A stretch of DNA of 64,000 nt from Vicugna vicugna (lineage: Eukaryota): positions 4,096,739-4,160,738 of the forward strand of contig MU058009.1 of the NCBI GenBank assembly GCA_013265495.1, written 5' to 3'. Position 1 is the first letter of the stretch. Every line of letters begins with the position of its first letter. The notes beneath the pieces were generated by a model. The model was not told the DNA's origin and searched no databases. It saw only the letters and a program-made list of their open reading frames with translations. Position numbers and translations under genes: made by a program. This document shows, in pieces, positions 10,634 to 22,590 of the stretch.

Positions 10634-11690
10634 ATGTTTGTGCCAAATTTCTATTTGCACCCTTCTTAGCATGTTTAGAACCCACAACTTCGAGACAGAC
10701 AACTCAAAACTCAATCCAACTGTTGCGTCCAGCTCAAAATCCAAGACCGCTTGGTGGTATTAACCCCTTTTCTTCACGACCAGACATGACTTTTCATGCA
10801 AAAGTGACGTATGGCTAAGGAGATGGCCAGCGTGATAAAGACGGCCATGCCTTATTTCAGCACCCTTTTCAGTGGGCTGCAGGACAGGATCCTCGCAGTA
10901 AGACATGTGGAAATTGAAGTTTGGGAAAGAGAACTGGAGATGTGGAGCAGCGGCTGGTCCGTGCTGGTGGTGCTTCCTTGCTCCTGGCACTTGGAGGCGT
11001 TCCTTCCTTACACTCTGATCCCGCTCTCCAGGAGGAGTGTCCTGTCTGGGCAGTTCCGTGTCCTCCGTGACCGCACCTGGAACGGCCGCGGCTGCGCCCG
11101 TCCTCGGGGCGCGGCGCGACACTGCCGCTCTTCTGCCTGTGCCTGTCGCGGCTTGGCAGCCGCGCTACCGCCTCGGCCGCTTTCCAGCGGACCCACGGCT
11201 GCGCTGGGTACACGCGTCCTGCAGCGGCGCCGCGCGCAGCCTCGGCTTTGCTTTCCGCGGGGCCGCCTGCCGGTGCGGCGGCCAAAGGCAGAACGGCGCC
11301 GCTCGCCAGGCCCCGCGGTTTCCTCCTCGCGCCCCGCGCGCCTCGCTCAGCTGGCTGCGGCTTGGCGGCGGCCGTCCCACAACCACGCTCTCTCCGACCT
11401 TGATGTGTGCTGGGAAACCGGTGCCTTCCCTCCCGAGCGCACCTCCGCGCGGGCGTGTTGCCTCCTTCTGCCCGTGCGTTCCAGATGCAGGCTCAGCACG
11501 CGCTCGGTTTGCCGCCGAAGTCGTCGAGTGACAGCTGTGCCGGAGGCGTGGTTCCTCCCCGGCCTCGTCACCCTCTCTCTGTTCCGCGGGCACCCGCTGC
11601 CCAGTTACGCGGCGGGGCTGCGGCTGTGCTGCCTTGGGGTCACTCGGGGAGGCGTCTCCGCTTAACACGCGACTTCCAAGGTTCCCGTGG
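10634..11690 (-). mobile_element. MLT1 internal (MaLR-int) sequence abutting the LTR, increasingly GC/CpG-rich to the right
   Basis: gagacagacaactcaaaactcaatccaactgttgcgtccagctcaaaatccaagacc matches recalled MLT1J-int; colinear motifs persist into the island (ctttccgcggggccgcctgccggtgc, ccaggccccgcggtttc). Confidence 0.6.
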
Positions 11691-12310
11691 GCGCCGACTT
11701 GCAGCCCGCGCAGAGGGCGGGCCTGGGACAGCGCAGGGAGGGGGCCTCAGGGGGCCGGGCCCGGAGACGGTGCGCGACCCTGCCGCCCTCGTTCCCTGGG
11801 CGGAGCTCCGCCAGGCATCCCCGAGACCGCAGAGGCGGCTGCAGATGTCATCTGGGGAAGCGCCCGGAAGGAGAGCAGCGTGACTGTTGTGGGGGCTGGG
11901 GCTGGTCGTGGCGACACAGCCTCTCCTACGCCTTCGGTGTTCGTTCTCCGCAGCGCCCGCGCACCCCAGCCGGCCCCCAGGGGTCCCAGGCAGCGCCTCA
12001 CAACAGGGCGAAGGAATCGCCACTCCTGGGGATTTCCCTCGTGAGCCAGGGGCCTCTGAAACTGGGCCCTGCTTTGGACTGAACGGTGCTGAGTTTCTCT
12101 GGGGTCTGATTTCTCTTTGAATTGAAAACATCTCTCAGGAACCGTAGACTGTTTTCCCAAGAACCCCATCTGGTCTGTTGGAAGCTGTCTCAGAGTGGGA
12201 GCATCGACCCTGACAGGCCCTTCGGGCGCTGAAGACGGAGCCCCCGGGGATGCGAAGCGGCAGAGCGAAACCGGGGGCGCGTCCACCGTGGCGGGCTGGG
12301 CGCCCTTCCC
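11040..12310. other. CpG island
   Basis: About 1.3 kb of very high GC with abundant CpG. Confidence 0.85.
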
Positions 12311-12493
12311 AAACGTGCCTGCCTCTCAATGCACTTTTCACTGAAGCTTGATTTTCTTTCCCCAGATTTTAAATCTCTTTTTAGACTACAGGAAGAACTC
12401 TAAAGGGCCTGTTTTGTTCCCTCCCATTTCTACGCTGGTTTATGATGTTTGCTTTCCTTCCTTTCCATTCATTTTGTTTTTTCAGTTGATTAA

Positions 12494-14180
12494 CTTTCTT
12501 CCAGCTCCGCTGAGGTATTATTGACAAAGAAAACTGCAGACGAAGGTGTGCAACGTGACGACGGGGCACGCACACACATTGTGAAAGGGTCCCCTGTTGA
12601 GTTAATTAAGTGCATCCACCACCTCACATCCTTGTTTGTTTATATTTATTTTTTGTTGAGGACAGTTAAGCTCCACTCTCTCAGCGGCTTTCAGCCACAC
12701 AGTCCAGTGCTGTCAACCGCAGTCACCGTGTTACACGCGTCAGACCCTCAGTCGTTACTCATCTTGTAGCTGAAAGCTGGTACTTTTAACCAGCTTCTCC
12801 CAGTTCCTCCCACCCAACCCCCAGACCTTGGCAGCCACTTTTTGACCCTCCGTTTCTATGAGTTTGTTTGTTTTATTTTCCTTTTTAGATTCCACAGCTG
12901 AGTGAGGCCAGGCAGCACTTGTTTGTCTCCGAGTGACGCATTTCACGTAGCGCGATGCTTGCCAAGTTCATCCACGTCGCCACAAATGCAAGGATTTTCT
13001 TCTTATTAAAGGCTGAACAGTATTCCATTATATACATGTACACATATATATGTAATACATATATTCTTACATTTTTGATTGGGTTATTATAGTCATTTTA
13101 CAGTGTTGTGTCCATTTCTGGCGCACAGCACAATGCTTCAGTCACACCTGAATATACATATATTCGTTTTCATATTCTTTTTCACCATGCGCTACTACAA
13201 GGCATTGATTACATTTCCCTGTGCTGTACAGGATAAACTTGTTTTTCTGTTTTATTTATACCCGTCAGTGTCTGCAAATCTCGAACTCCCAGTTTACCCC
13301 TTCCCACCCTCTCCCCCTGGGCAACCACAAGGCTGTATTCTCACCACCACGTAATCCTGACGCATTCCGCCGTCCACAGCCACTCGGGTGGTTTCCTTAC
13401 GTTGGCTGTTATGAATAATGCTGCAATGAGCATGAGAGTGCAGATATCTCTTTGAGATGACGTTTAATTTCCTCTGGATGTGGACCCAGAAGCGGGAGTG
13501 CTGGGTCATCTGGGAGTTCTCTTTTTCATTTCTTGAGGATCTCATGCTGTTTTCTGTAGGGATTGTACCAGTTTATACTCCCACCAGCAGTGCACAGGGG
13601 TTCCCTTTCCTCCACACCCTCGCCGGCATTTGCTAACCTCTTGTTTTTTGATGATCCGTCCTATCAGGTGTGAGGTAATATCTTGCTGTGGTTTTAGTTT
13701 GTATTTCTCTGATGGCTAGACACGTTGAGCGGCTTTTTATGCACCTGTTGGCCAATTATAAGCCTTCTTTGGGAAAATGTCACTTAGGTCCTTAACCCCT
13801 GTTGTAACTGGGTGATTGCTCTTTGCTTTTGAGTTGTGTGAGAACCTGGTGTATGCTTTATATGAAACCCTTATCAGCTATGTGGCATGCGGATTTTTTC
13901 TGCATCCCAAAGGCGGCCTTTTTGTTGTGTTGCCGGTTTCCTTTGCTGTGTGGAAGCTTTTTAGTTTGGTGCAACCTCACTTGTTTATTGTCACTTTTGC
14001 TGCCTTTGCTTTTGATGTCAGATCCCAAAAACTCATCGCCAAGACCAACGTCAAGGAGCTTCCCCTCTGTGTTTTCTTCGAAGGGTTTTATGGCTTTGAG
14101 TCTTAAGTTCAAGTCTTTAATCTATGCTGAGTTGATTTTTGTGTATGATGTAAGATGGGGTCCAGTGTTGTTCTTTTGCA
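12494..14180 (-). mobile_element. L1MA9-like LINE-1 3' portion (3'UTR plus ORF2 end), containing a nested younger L1 tail
   Basis: L1MA9-type 3'UTR (ctccactctctcagc, gtcaccgtgttacac, tcatcttgtagctgaaag); peptide KPFEENTEGKLLDVGLGDEFL resembles ORF2. Confidence 0.88.
13072..13341 (-). mobile_element. Young lineage L1 3'UTR tail nested in L1MA9
   Basis: cagcacaatgcttcagtca, atattcgttttcatattctttttcacc, tctgcaaatctcgaactcccag. Confidence 0.85.
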
Positions 14181-14234
14181 TAACTCATTAATTAAACATT
14201 CATTGTGTCATGGAGTTTATGGGACACATCTATA

Positions 14235-14513
14235 CATAACTTCACCAGAGTGACACTTTCCCTAACCATCCTCCCCAAAATAGCAGTCCCCTCCATCCAG
14301 AACTTTCTGTCCTTCACCTCTGTTTTACTGTTTTCTTCAACATGTTAGCTACCAGCAAATTACTTTTTCTTCATTTTTTGCTTGTCTTCCTCATCTAGAG
14401 TTGGAATTAAAATGTCCTTTTGATTGTCTGTGCTGACGGGTCTCGCCCTACTGCCTAGAACAGTGTCTGACTGTACAAGGGGTTCAATCAGTACTCATGG
14501 AGTTAATAAATGA
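14235..14513 (+). mobile_element. L2 3' end
   Basis: tgcctagaacagtgtctgac ... taataaatga tail. Confidence 0.75.
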
Positions 14514-14699
14514 TTCTTATTCCTTGCTCTTAAGAAATAAGTAAATTCTAGTAAGCAGAAAAATGACACATACCCACATAATTATAAGACAAAAATGATT
14601 TTATTAATTGCCTTAAAAAATTACAGTGGGAACCAGGGTAAATAAAGGAGAAAAACAGAGAACTAAGTTTCGCTGAGGCCCCATTACACCAAATGAACT

Positions 14700-14880
14700 T
14701 AGCTTACAATATTTTCTTTACTTTAATCCATAGATCAAGCTTGAAAAATAGATTGTCTGCCTCCCATTTTACAGATGAGGAAACTGAAACTCTAAAAGGC
14801 AGAGACATTCATCCAAAGTTAACCAAACTAGCTAGTGGTGGAAATAAGGTATTATTTGGGTCTATCTGGATTTTTAAAAA
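14700..14880 (-). mobile_element. MIR SINE
   Basis: Near-perfect antisense core cccattttacagatgaggaaactga. Confidence 0.85.
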
Positions 14881-16862
14881 AAAATCTATGCTAGTGACTT
14901 ACGAACTTCTTTATATAATCCACCCATAGAAATAAACGTCTTCTAACTGTAACATTGTGCAGACAGGCGTTCACACGTGTGCATGTGCATACACAGACAC
15001 GCAGAAGCATGCACTTTATATGTGAATCCTTCTAACACATTCTGTTACAGCGTAGTCTTGTATCTATTCTATCACATCCCGTTCCTTGTTTTTCTGTTTT
15101 ATCCTACCCCATCCTACCCTATTTCTTAATTTGATTCTGACCCAATGAAGTGTTTTTGTAGCAAAGCAGAATTTGAAAATGCTTACTCTTGTCACATTCC
15201 CTGGTGTTGAAAGCGACTGGAGCTCTTGACCGCATGCTGAGGATGAGGGAAGATGTTACTGAGGAGATAACCTTTGAGCTACACCTTGAGTGATAGGTTG
15301 GGTAGAAGAAAAATCTTACAATAAAAATTTTACCCATCCAGGCAATCGTTCTTATATAAAGTAGGCTTCTATTGAATAATCCAGATGCTTGACATTTTAT
15401 GATAAGGTTGAAAAGTCAAGACACTCGGATGTCTTGCTTCAGTCCAGCAGATAGTTAATCCATCAGTCGGCTGGAGACTGCACTTAGGAAGTAATCACTG
15501 AGCACACGTTCCGTGTCAGGCGGTGGGTTCTGCCCTGGACACACACGTCTCCAGTGTGATGTCCGGCCTTAAGGAGCATGTGTTTGCATTTCCCTGTCTG
15601 TGAGCTGAGCTGACAACCAGCCCTTTGCCCTGGGCACACCCAGCTCCACTCCGCTGGCCTGGGGGCTGGCACTCTTCCTTGGCTCTGTGCTGGGTGTTCC
15701 AGGGGTCCAGCACCACCCTCTCCTTTCTTCCACCTTGCACTGGGCTTCGTACGAGAAAATGGAGCCATTCTGTGTGGCCTGACGACCTATTGATTGGCGG
15801 TGGGTGTTCTTTGCAAAAGCATTCCCTGTGAGTGATGCTTCCATACGTCAGGAGGTTGGTGCATGGGTTCTGGCATCACCTCTTTTGCCCGAGATCAGGT
15901 TTTTCACCACATCAGGGAAATGAAAGTTGCCTCGTGCATTGAAATCAGGGATTGTCCGGAGAAATTGACGTGTGTGGCTCCATGGGCAGTGCCTCCATTT
16001 TAACAGTCTTCTGGGCCCGATGAATTGATTGCCAGCAGGGGCAGTTGGGCAGCTGGGCTGAGGCAAAAAGTGCTCCAACACAAGCTCCAATTTTAAGTAG
16101 GCTTTCGATGACGAAATCACGATACCAAAACCATTAATACCTATTTTCTTATTTTCAGCCTATTTAATGGACTTGCATTATTTTGGAATGGATAAATAAA
16201 CTAAGATATGTAAGCATGGAAGAAAATAAAGAGAGATCACCTTCCTGATCCTGTTAACTCAGACATTGTGGGGCTGGGACATGCTGCACCTTTGATTGTT
16301 TGTTTGTTTGTTTTATTTGATGAGACAGAGCTCATTGGTACCTTTGCTCCGTCACCGAGATGCCGCTGCTGGTTTCCCTTTACAGCCTGTGGCTGAAAGT
16401 CCTTGGAAATTAGTTCTGCGTTGTAGTCCTCATGTTATTCCCAGCGTGGTATCTGTTACAAAGAGCAGCTGCTCAAAAACACACTAATTGACAAATTGGT
16501 ATCAGCTAATGTGTCAGCACAGCCATTTGTAACGTATGAAACACTTTCAGGTACGTTTTACTGTCTGATTTTAAAAAATCAACAGCAATTTGTGTAGTGA
16601 TTTGTTCTTATCAGCTCTTAACAATGTTTTTAACTTACTCCTCGTAGACTGAAGATTACAACATCAAATTACAGTAGGTGTACGCGACATAAAAGAAACT
16701 GATTCTTGGTAGTGATTTACCTCACTTGTAGAATCAGAAAAGTGCTAATATATTAAGTATTAGTCTGATAACTCTGGGCTTTTGGTGTGTTTTGCAGAGG
16801 AAAAAGAACGCGTTAACCTGGTGAGGTATTTAAGTGGAAGTCAGTTAAGAGAAGTTCTAATG

Positions 16863-17320
16863 TGGATTAGTCAGCTTTGGCTAAGTTATGCAGCAACAAC
16901 AAATGTCCCCACCATGTCCGTGGCTTACAGCAACGGCGGCTTACAACTCTGTGTGCATCTCTGTCTACCTGCCTATGCACACACATGTGTATATACATAT
17001 GTATCTATATTTCTGTGTGTATTTACATACCTGTATGCATACCCCACCAATACACACACCCTCACATTTGTTTATTTGATTCCTGGGCCGAAGTTTGAAG
17101 GAGGGGGTTCATTTGGGACGTGCAGTATTGCTCCAGAGAGAAAGGAGTGGCAGAGCCACATGATGGCTCTTAAAGCCGTCATTTTGCAGTGACGCATGAG
17201 GTTTCTATTCCGGTTGCATTGGCCAAAGCGGGTCAAATGGCCAAGACCGATGTCAGTGTCAGAGGTGAAACACATAATCCTCTCATGTGGAGAAGCTGCA
17301 AATACTTGGAACAATTCAGC
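16863..17320 (-). mobile_element. MLT1H/I-like MaLR LTR with an internal simple-repeat expansion
   Basis: attagtcagctttggctaagttatgcagcaacaac, catgatggctcttaaagc, cattggccaaagcgggtcaaatggccaag. Confidence 0.8.
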
Positions 17321-17399
17321 AGTTTACTCCTTACTATTAGTACGTGTAGCTGAAATGGTGAGATCTGGGTAGAGGAATCAATCTCATATTGATTTAGAC

Positions 17400-17590
17400 C
17401 CTCAAAAGTAACCATACACTTGGCAAAGTACATTTTATTCACGGCCTTTTATAGACAAAAAAAAAAAACACTAAGGATAATTTTTAAAAACATTTTAAAG
17501 TCTCATAGCTGATAAATGGCAAATTCTAAATTTGAACAGAAGTCTGAATCTGTCTTCTAACCTAAATCTGAATCTGATACTCTTCACAGT
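17400..17590 (-). mobile_element. MIR fragment
   Basis: ttttatagacaaaaaa ... aaagtctcatagctgataaatggc ... atttgaac. Confidence 0.55.
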
Positions 17591-18699
17591 CATGATGCAG
17601 ATGTGGGTGTCTGTGGGACGTTGGAAGCCGTAATGAACACTAAGAATGTGCCGGCTCTGGGACGCACGAGAATTTGGTTTTAAATTTTCATTTATATACG
17701 TTGTATTTCTTTATGGTGACCAGTATTTAACCAAGGTAGTTCTTTCTGTCCATGGATATGCTCATTATTTTAGATTATTTTTATTAAGAATCCAATTTGG
17801 GGGCATATACATGCGTGTGTGTGTGTGTGTGTGTAAAGTCAGGCTCCTACAGTCCTCTGTGAGATCTTAACAAAAGAGTCTTACAGATGCTGCTAAAACT
17901 GCTGAGTTTCAAATCAGGAATTAGTTCTGATTCTGTTGATGTGAACCTGAGAAGAGAGGAGAAATGTAATCTACCTTCCTGCATTATTAAGATTTCAGAT
18001 ATACAGTTTTGATAAAAGCTTGCAAGTACAAAATTTGCTATCCAGCCCAATGTAGCATGGAGGGTTTTGTCTGCGCTAGTGAAGGGCCATGTTTTCATCT
18101 CCTGTGAGGCAGGGACTGAGCTCTATAAAATTTTTTCCCCAACACGCTTTACTAAAAAAAAAAAAAAAAGGACTTTTTCTTTGATTTTAGAGTGTGGGCA
18201 AGTGGGGGCTTCTAAACCCAGTTACCTGATAAATCACATTCTATAGGTCTGACGCGCAGTCTGTCTGACCTGAGCAAGAACATTGATTTCAGGTACAAGG
18301 AAAACCAATCACCGCACAATAAATGGGCCCAGTGACTCACTGGGCCTGCTTCATGTTTGTGAAGCATTTAGGTGTACGTACCACAGAGGAGATGCAGTTT
18401 CCAGATGCCGAGGAGTCCTTGGTGAAGAGGTGAGTTATACGATCTTGGGGAGGTGCTCTGGAAGTGGGGTTTAAAAGAGCCCTTTTCCACCTGACCTGCT
18501 TTTTTTCCCCTAAGATAGGAGGAAAGCGCCATGCCCTGTGTTGCATGGCTGTCCTACGTTGCATAGTAAGTAGTTCTGTAGCAAGAGGGTCTGGCTTGGA
18601 AGTCGGGTGCTGAGTCATCACTGGCCGTAGACAGTCACTTTTCTGACCTTTACTTCATTGGGCACCCTCTTCGGATTAGTCGCTAATTAACAGGTGATT

Positions 18700-19160
18700 C
18701 ATTAATTAAAGTAGTTCAGCCCTTCATTTAATAAACATTACATGAGGCCATTCTGTGTGTCAAGAGCTGTGGTAAATGACAGAAAGCCAAGGTTGTAAGT
18801 TTCATCTTCGAGTCCATTGGCAGAAACACACAAGTCTAATGCCGTGTGACAAAAGCTTTGCCAGACGTGACCACAAGATGTTTTAGGATACAGGAGAAAA
18901 ATCACTTTTCTAGATTTAAACGTCCTGGTAAGGGTTTCTAAGGAGATGGTTGGTCCTTGAAGTGAATCTGCATGGATGAGGAGACTGACTCCCCAGACAA
19001 AGAAGGGAGGCCGTTGGAGAAGTGGTGGACATGGAGGGAGTTTGGGAAGAGAAGGAAAGGTGCGGCCGATGGTGGACAGGAAAGACAGAAGTCAGACTCA
19101 TGAAGCTCTTGGAGTTCATGTTTATTAACCTGTGTGATTTTGAACTTAGGTACAGGAACC
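18700..19160 (-). mobile_element. L2 3' portion
   Basis: ttcatttaataaacatt ... ctgtgtgtcaagagctgtg, followed by purine-rich L2-like body. Confidence 0.6.
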
Positions 19161-19632
19161 AACTCATTCCAGCTTAGGTAGGAAGGAAACTTACTTAAAA
19201 ATCCTGATGCTCCTCTGGAGCGCATGGTGGGCTGGACCTTGGCTTCAAAAATAGACTGAGGACAGGAAAGCCACCAAGGGCCTCAATTCTGCTGTTCTCT
19301 TTGTGGGTTTTTTTTTATTGTCCTCATTCTCAGAATCGCTCATCTGCTTTTCCAGTGCACGTCGTGGCCACAGAGGGTAAGTCCGTGATCCAGGGTCGTA
19401 CATCGTGCATACCCGACACGTGGAGAGACTGAGTGCCCCTCTGGGTTTGAAGGGAATTGGGTTTGGTCAACTTGAGCCTGGTGCCTGCCCTTGCACCAGG
19501 TGGACTGTGGCTTGAAGGCAGCTTGTGTTGTGTGACCGTTGCTTCTGTGACCATGAGACTGCAGGGCAGTGGTCGCATCGGAGATTCCCAGGGAGAGAGA
19601 CTGGGGATTTTACCAAAAATGCCTGTTACGTA

Positions 19633-19826
19633 AGTGGCTCTCAAACCGCAGTACGCTGACGCAGGACTTCGTGATGGCTTCTGGAGCGACACATCACACA
19701 CCAGGGTATTTCTGGGGTTTACCTGCACGACATTCTGATTCAGCAGATCTGAGGTAGGGGTCTCGGGGCCGGCAGTTTAGAAGTTCAGTGATTGATTCTA
19801 ATGCCCAGCTGGAGTGACAATCATTG
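19633..19826. mobile_element. MER5-type hAT-Charlie DNA transposon
   Basis: agtggctctcaaacc left end, attctgattcagcagatctgaggtagggg core, caatcattg right end. Confidence 0.7.
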
Positions 19827-20614
19827 TAAGGAATTTTGTTTTATCTCAAACTGGAGAGGAGCCCTCGGGGGAAGGAAAGGCTGGGGGGTAGACGTGCATC
19901 ACAGGACACCCACCCTGGCGAGTAGTTTGGGAAGGAGAAGGTGACAGTGGAGTGACTTTTTAGGAGACTGGCACACTCGTCCAGGAGGGAGAGGAGCTCT
20001 CAGCCAAGGCAGGAGTGATGCAACAGAGAGGAGGCATGGTCAGCAGGTAGAGCTTGGCCTCCGTCACTCCTGGGAGGCGAGGCAAGGAGTCTGCCGAGAG
20101 CAACTCTCCTATTTGGGCCTGGGGAGTGAAGTCCTTAGGTGGTGGAGGAGGAGAACCGGGACTTGGGGTGGAGGACGGTGAGCTGAGTGTTGACGTTTTG
20201 TGCCTCCAGCAGCACGAGGCCGGCAAGGGGCTGCGTATCCGTGATCCTGCGCTCAACATGATGCTCTTGTGATCAGTGTCTGCAAATGACGGACAAAGCC
20301 CCTGTGTGCACGTTGCCTCGGGTGGATGAAATCCAGGGTAGATGAGTCCATGAGTTTTGGGGACACTACAAAATAAGGGGGGTTGAGAAGGTTGAGAAAG
20401 AGCAGCCCATGAGAGAGACACATGAATAGAAATGGAATATGAATCAGGAGAAACTGGGCTCCTTAAAAAGTAGGCATATGACATCAGCCGAATTGTCAGC
20501 GTCCGGGATGTCCACTGGGTCTGGTCAGTAGCAGGTCGGCGATGACCTTAAGGGCAGCGGTTTTGTTCTTTAATGTTACTTTCACACGTCTCCCGTCCCT
20601 GCCTGACGGTGCAC

Positions 20615-20800
20615 TTCATTCATGCGTTCACTGTGTACACATTCTGCAGGCAGGACCCGGAGTCCTGAAATACATAACTTTTGACTCAAGGAGCTCATGA
20701 TTTAATGAAAAGTCAAATAAAAAGATTATATGAGAAAGTGATAAGCTCCAATGGAGATACATAGAGTATTATGGGGGCCCCAGGAGAGATATCCAACCCC
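20615..20800 (-). mobile_element. L2 3' end
   Basis: ctcaaggagctcatgatttaatg; agtgataagctccaatggagatac. Confidence 0.6.
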
Positions 20801-21049
20801 TTAACTAAGTAGGCACTCAATAAAATTATATTAAATTAGCATATTTATTAAATCTGCTGGTGCAGAAATGAGTAATATCATTAGGAAGTGTCCAGAAACA
20901 AGGCCAGCTAATGTGGGCGGGTGTGCTGGCCAGAAGTTTGTCAAGAAAGGCAGCAACTCCTCTGGCTTTTGAAATGCTCATATTTTTCAGAGTTTTATCA
21001 TAAACCCGGTGGTCTCCTCTGGCTCTGCAGACGCCAAGGACTCTCTCCT

Positions 21050-21570
21050 TCCACTTCAGCGATTTTAGCCTTTGGGCCACTAATTCCCCAATTTATGTTT
21101 CTGGCCTTTCCTGGATACCAGATCTAATCTCTAGCCGCCTGCTGGGTATTTCTACCTGAATGTCTGTCTCACACGCACTTTGTATTTAACAGGGCCCCGA
21201 ACTGGACTCTTTTTCCAGCTTCATATTCTGAGTTCTTCCTTTCTAACCCCCTTATCCAGCTGGTCACCGGGCCAGATACCTGGGTCATCCTAGACGCCTC
21301 CCTTTTCTTCCCTCACGGTCGCCCGCTGAGTTTGTTTTTGAATGACTTTCATCTTTCAGCTGCATTTGCACTGCCGCTCTGGTGGGTCAGGCTCTTGTCT
21401 CGTCCCTGCTTCACTGAAGTTAGCTGATGCCCCGTCCTCCGGGGCACCCTCCTCCTGGCATGGCCACCATCTTTAAGCCGGTGCGGCCACCAGCGGTGAC
21501 CACCTAAACAACTTAGCCGGTCATGCGGCGCCTTCTGAATCTGCCTCCAGTCCAGGGCTGCAGCCCGGTA
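21050..21570 (+). mobile_element. L2 fragment
   Basis: cctgctgggtatttctacctgaatgtct, acctgggtcatcctagacgcctccctttt. Confidence 0.7.
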
Positions 21571-21574
21571 ACAG

Positions 21575-21990
21575 AATTTAATTTTTTGTACCATCTTCCA
21601 GGCACTGAGCCAGGTCCTGTGACAACAGTGCCAGGCTCTAATGGGGCTGACATTCTGGTGTGGATGACAAAAGTGAAAGTGCCTGGAGGGATGGGAGAGT
21701 CTGCTGTGCGTCCAGTTCATACGGGTGATGCAGTGGCACCGGGCGCCGGGGCAGGGAGGCCACTCAGAGGAAACCATGTCTAGGCTGAGGCCGGGGTGGG
21801 TGAGGGGGAGTCAGTCGGGGAAGTTGAGGGAGGACAGTGGCGCTCTCCCAGGTCCTGGGTGTGAGGAAGACGGACATGTGGATGGAGACAGCGGCCAGAA
21901 TGGCCAAGGCTGCGGGATGCTCCCGGCTGGACCCCGGCAGGAGCCAGATCCCGTCACAGGACAGCGTCGGGGAATTTGGACTCTGATGGC
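21575..21990 (-). mobile_element. L2 3' portion
   Basis: ccaggcactgagccagg, atggggctgacattctggtg, cagggaggccactcagagga. Confidence 0.65.
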
Positions 21991-22349
21991 TGCAGCAAAC
22001 ACCTACGGCATTTGAAGGGGTGCTGACACGGCTTGTGCTTGTGACGGCCACTCTGGCCCCTCCGGGGGGAGTGGACTAGATGAGGCCAAGGGCCCTGGCG
22101 GGAAGTGCAACCACCTTGGAGGTCTCACAGACCGTCGTCCCCCGGGCCCCCCGCCCGGCGTCTTCCATGCCCAGCGCAGCGCCCGCACACTTGTGGGGCC
22201 AGTGACTTCACACGCACCCTTCCTGCAAGGATCTGGCGCTCTCCACGCCGCAGGTGTCTCCCCTTGACATCCGTCGCCGCTGCGTGGGTCCCCTCGAGCA
22301 GAAGCACCCCTCCTCTGATGCCGCTCACTCCTGTCTGCCCATTAGGCGG

Positions 22350-22590
22350 CTGCTCACGCCCTTTGCCTCCTCTGCTCCTTACAGCAAGCCCATGAGGCGG
22401 CTGTCCATCTCCCCTGTACAGACGCGGAAAAGAGGGGTCAGAAAGACTAAGGACTGCTCCAGGGTCACGTGGGGGGTCCGGGGCTTTACAGCTGGGTCGG
22501 ACAACGCCAGAGGCATTGCAGCCCGCCCTGGCCTGTTTCCAGGGATGTCCCCTGAGGCCCGAGGTCAGCATCCAGCTCTTCTGCTGCCTC
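22350..22590 (-). mobile_element. MIR SINE, GC-shifted
   Basis: cccatgagg ... atctcccctgtacagacgcggaaaagaggggtcagaaag ... ccagggtcac. Confidence 0.65.

Noticed and set aside
10952..10975. GGCTGGTCCG, identical to the 5' end of Y RNAs
   Set aside because: Similarity fades after about 20 nt, the complementary 3' stem and oligo-T terminator are absent, and it lies within MLT-int
10760..12286. Long overlapping ORFs (up to 284 aa) in the CpG island, suggesting a first coding exon
   Set aside because: Arg/Ala/Pro/Gly-rich on both strands as expected from GC content, no recognisable domain, and the sequence is largely MaLR-internal derived
16030..16045. CTCF-like CCAGCAGGGGCAG (similar at 51240)
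   Set aside because: One G short of the core spacing; no convincing CTCF or REST site found by eye
20680..20710. ctcaaggagctca resembling the miR-28/miR-708 5' arm
   Set aside because: Ordinary L2 3'-end motif with no opposing L2 arm to form the hairpin
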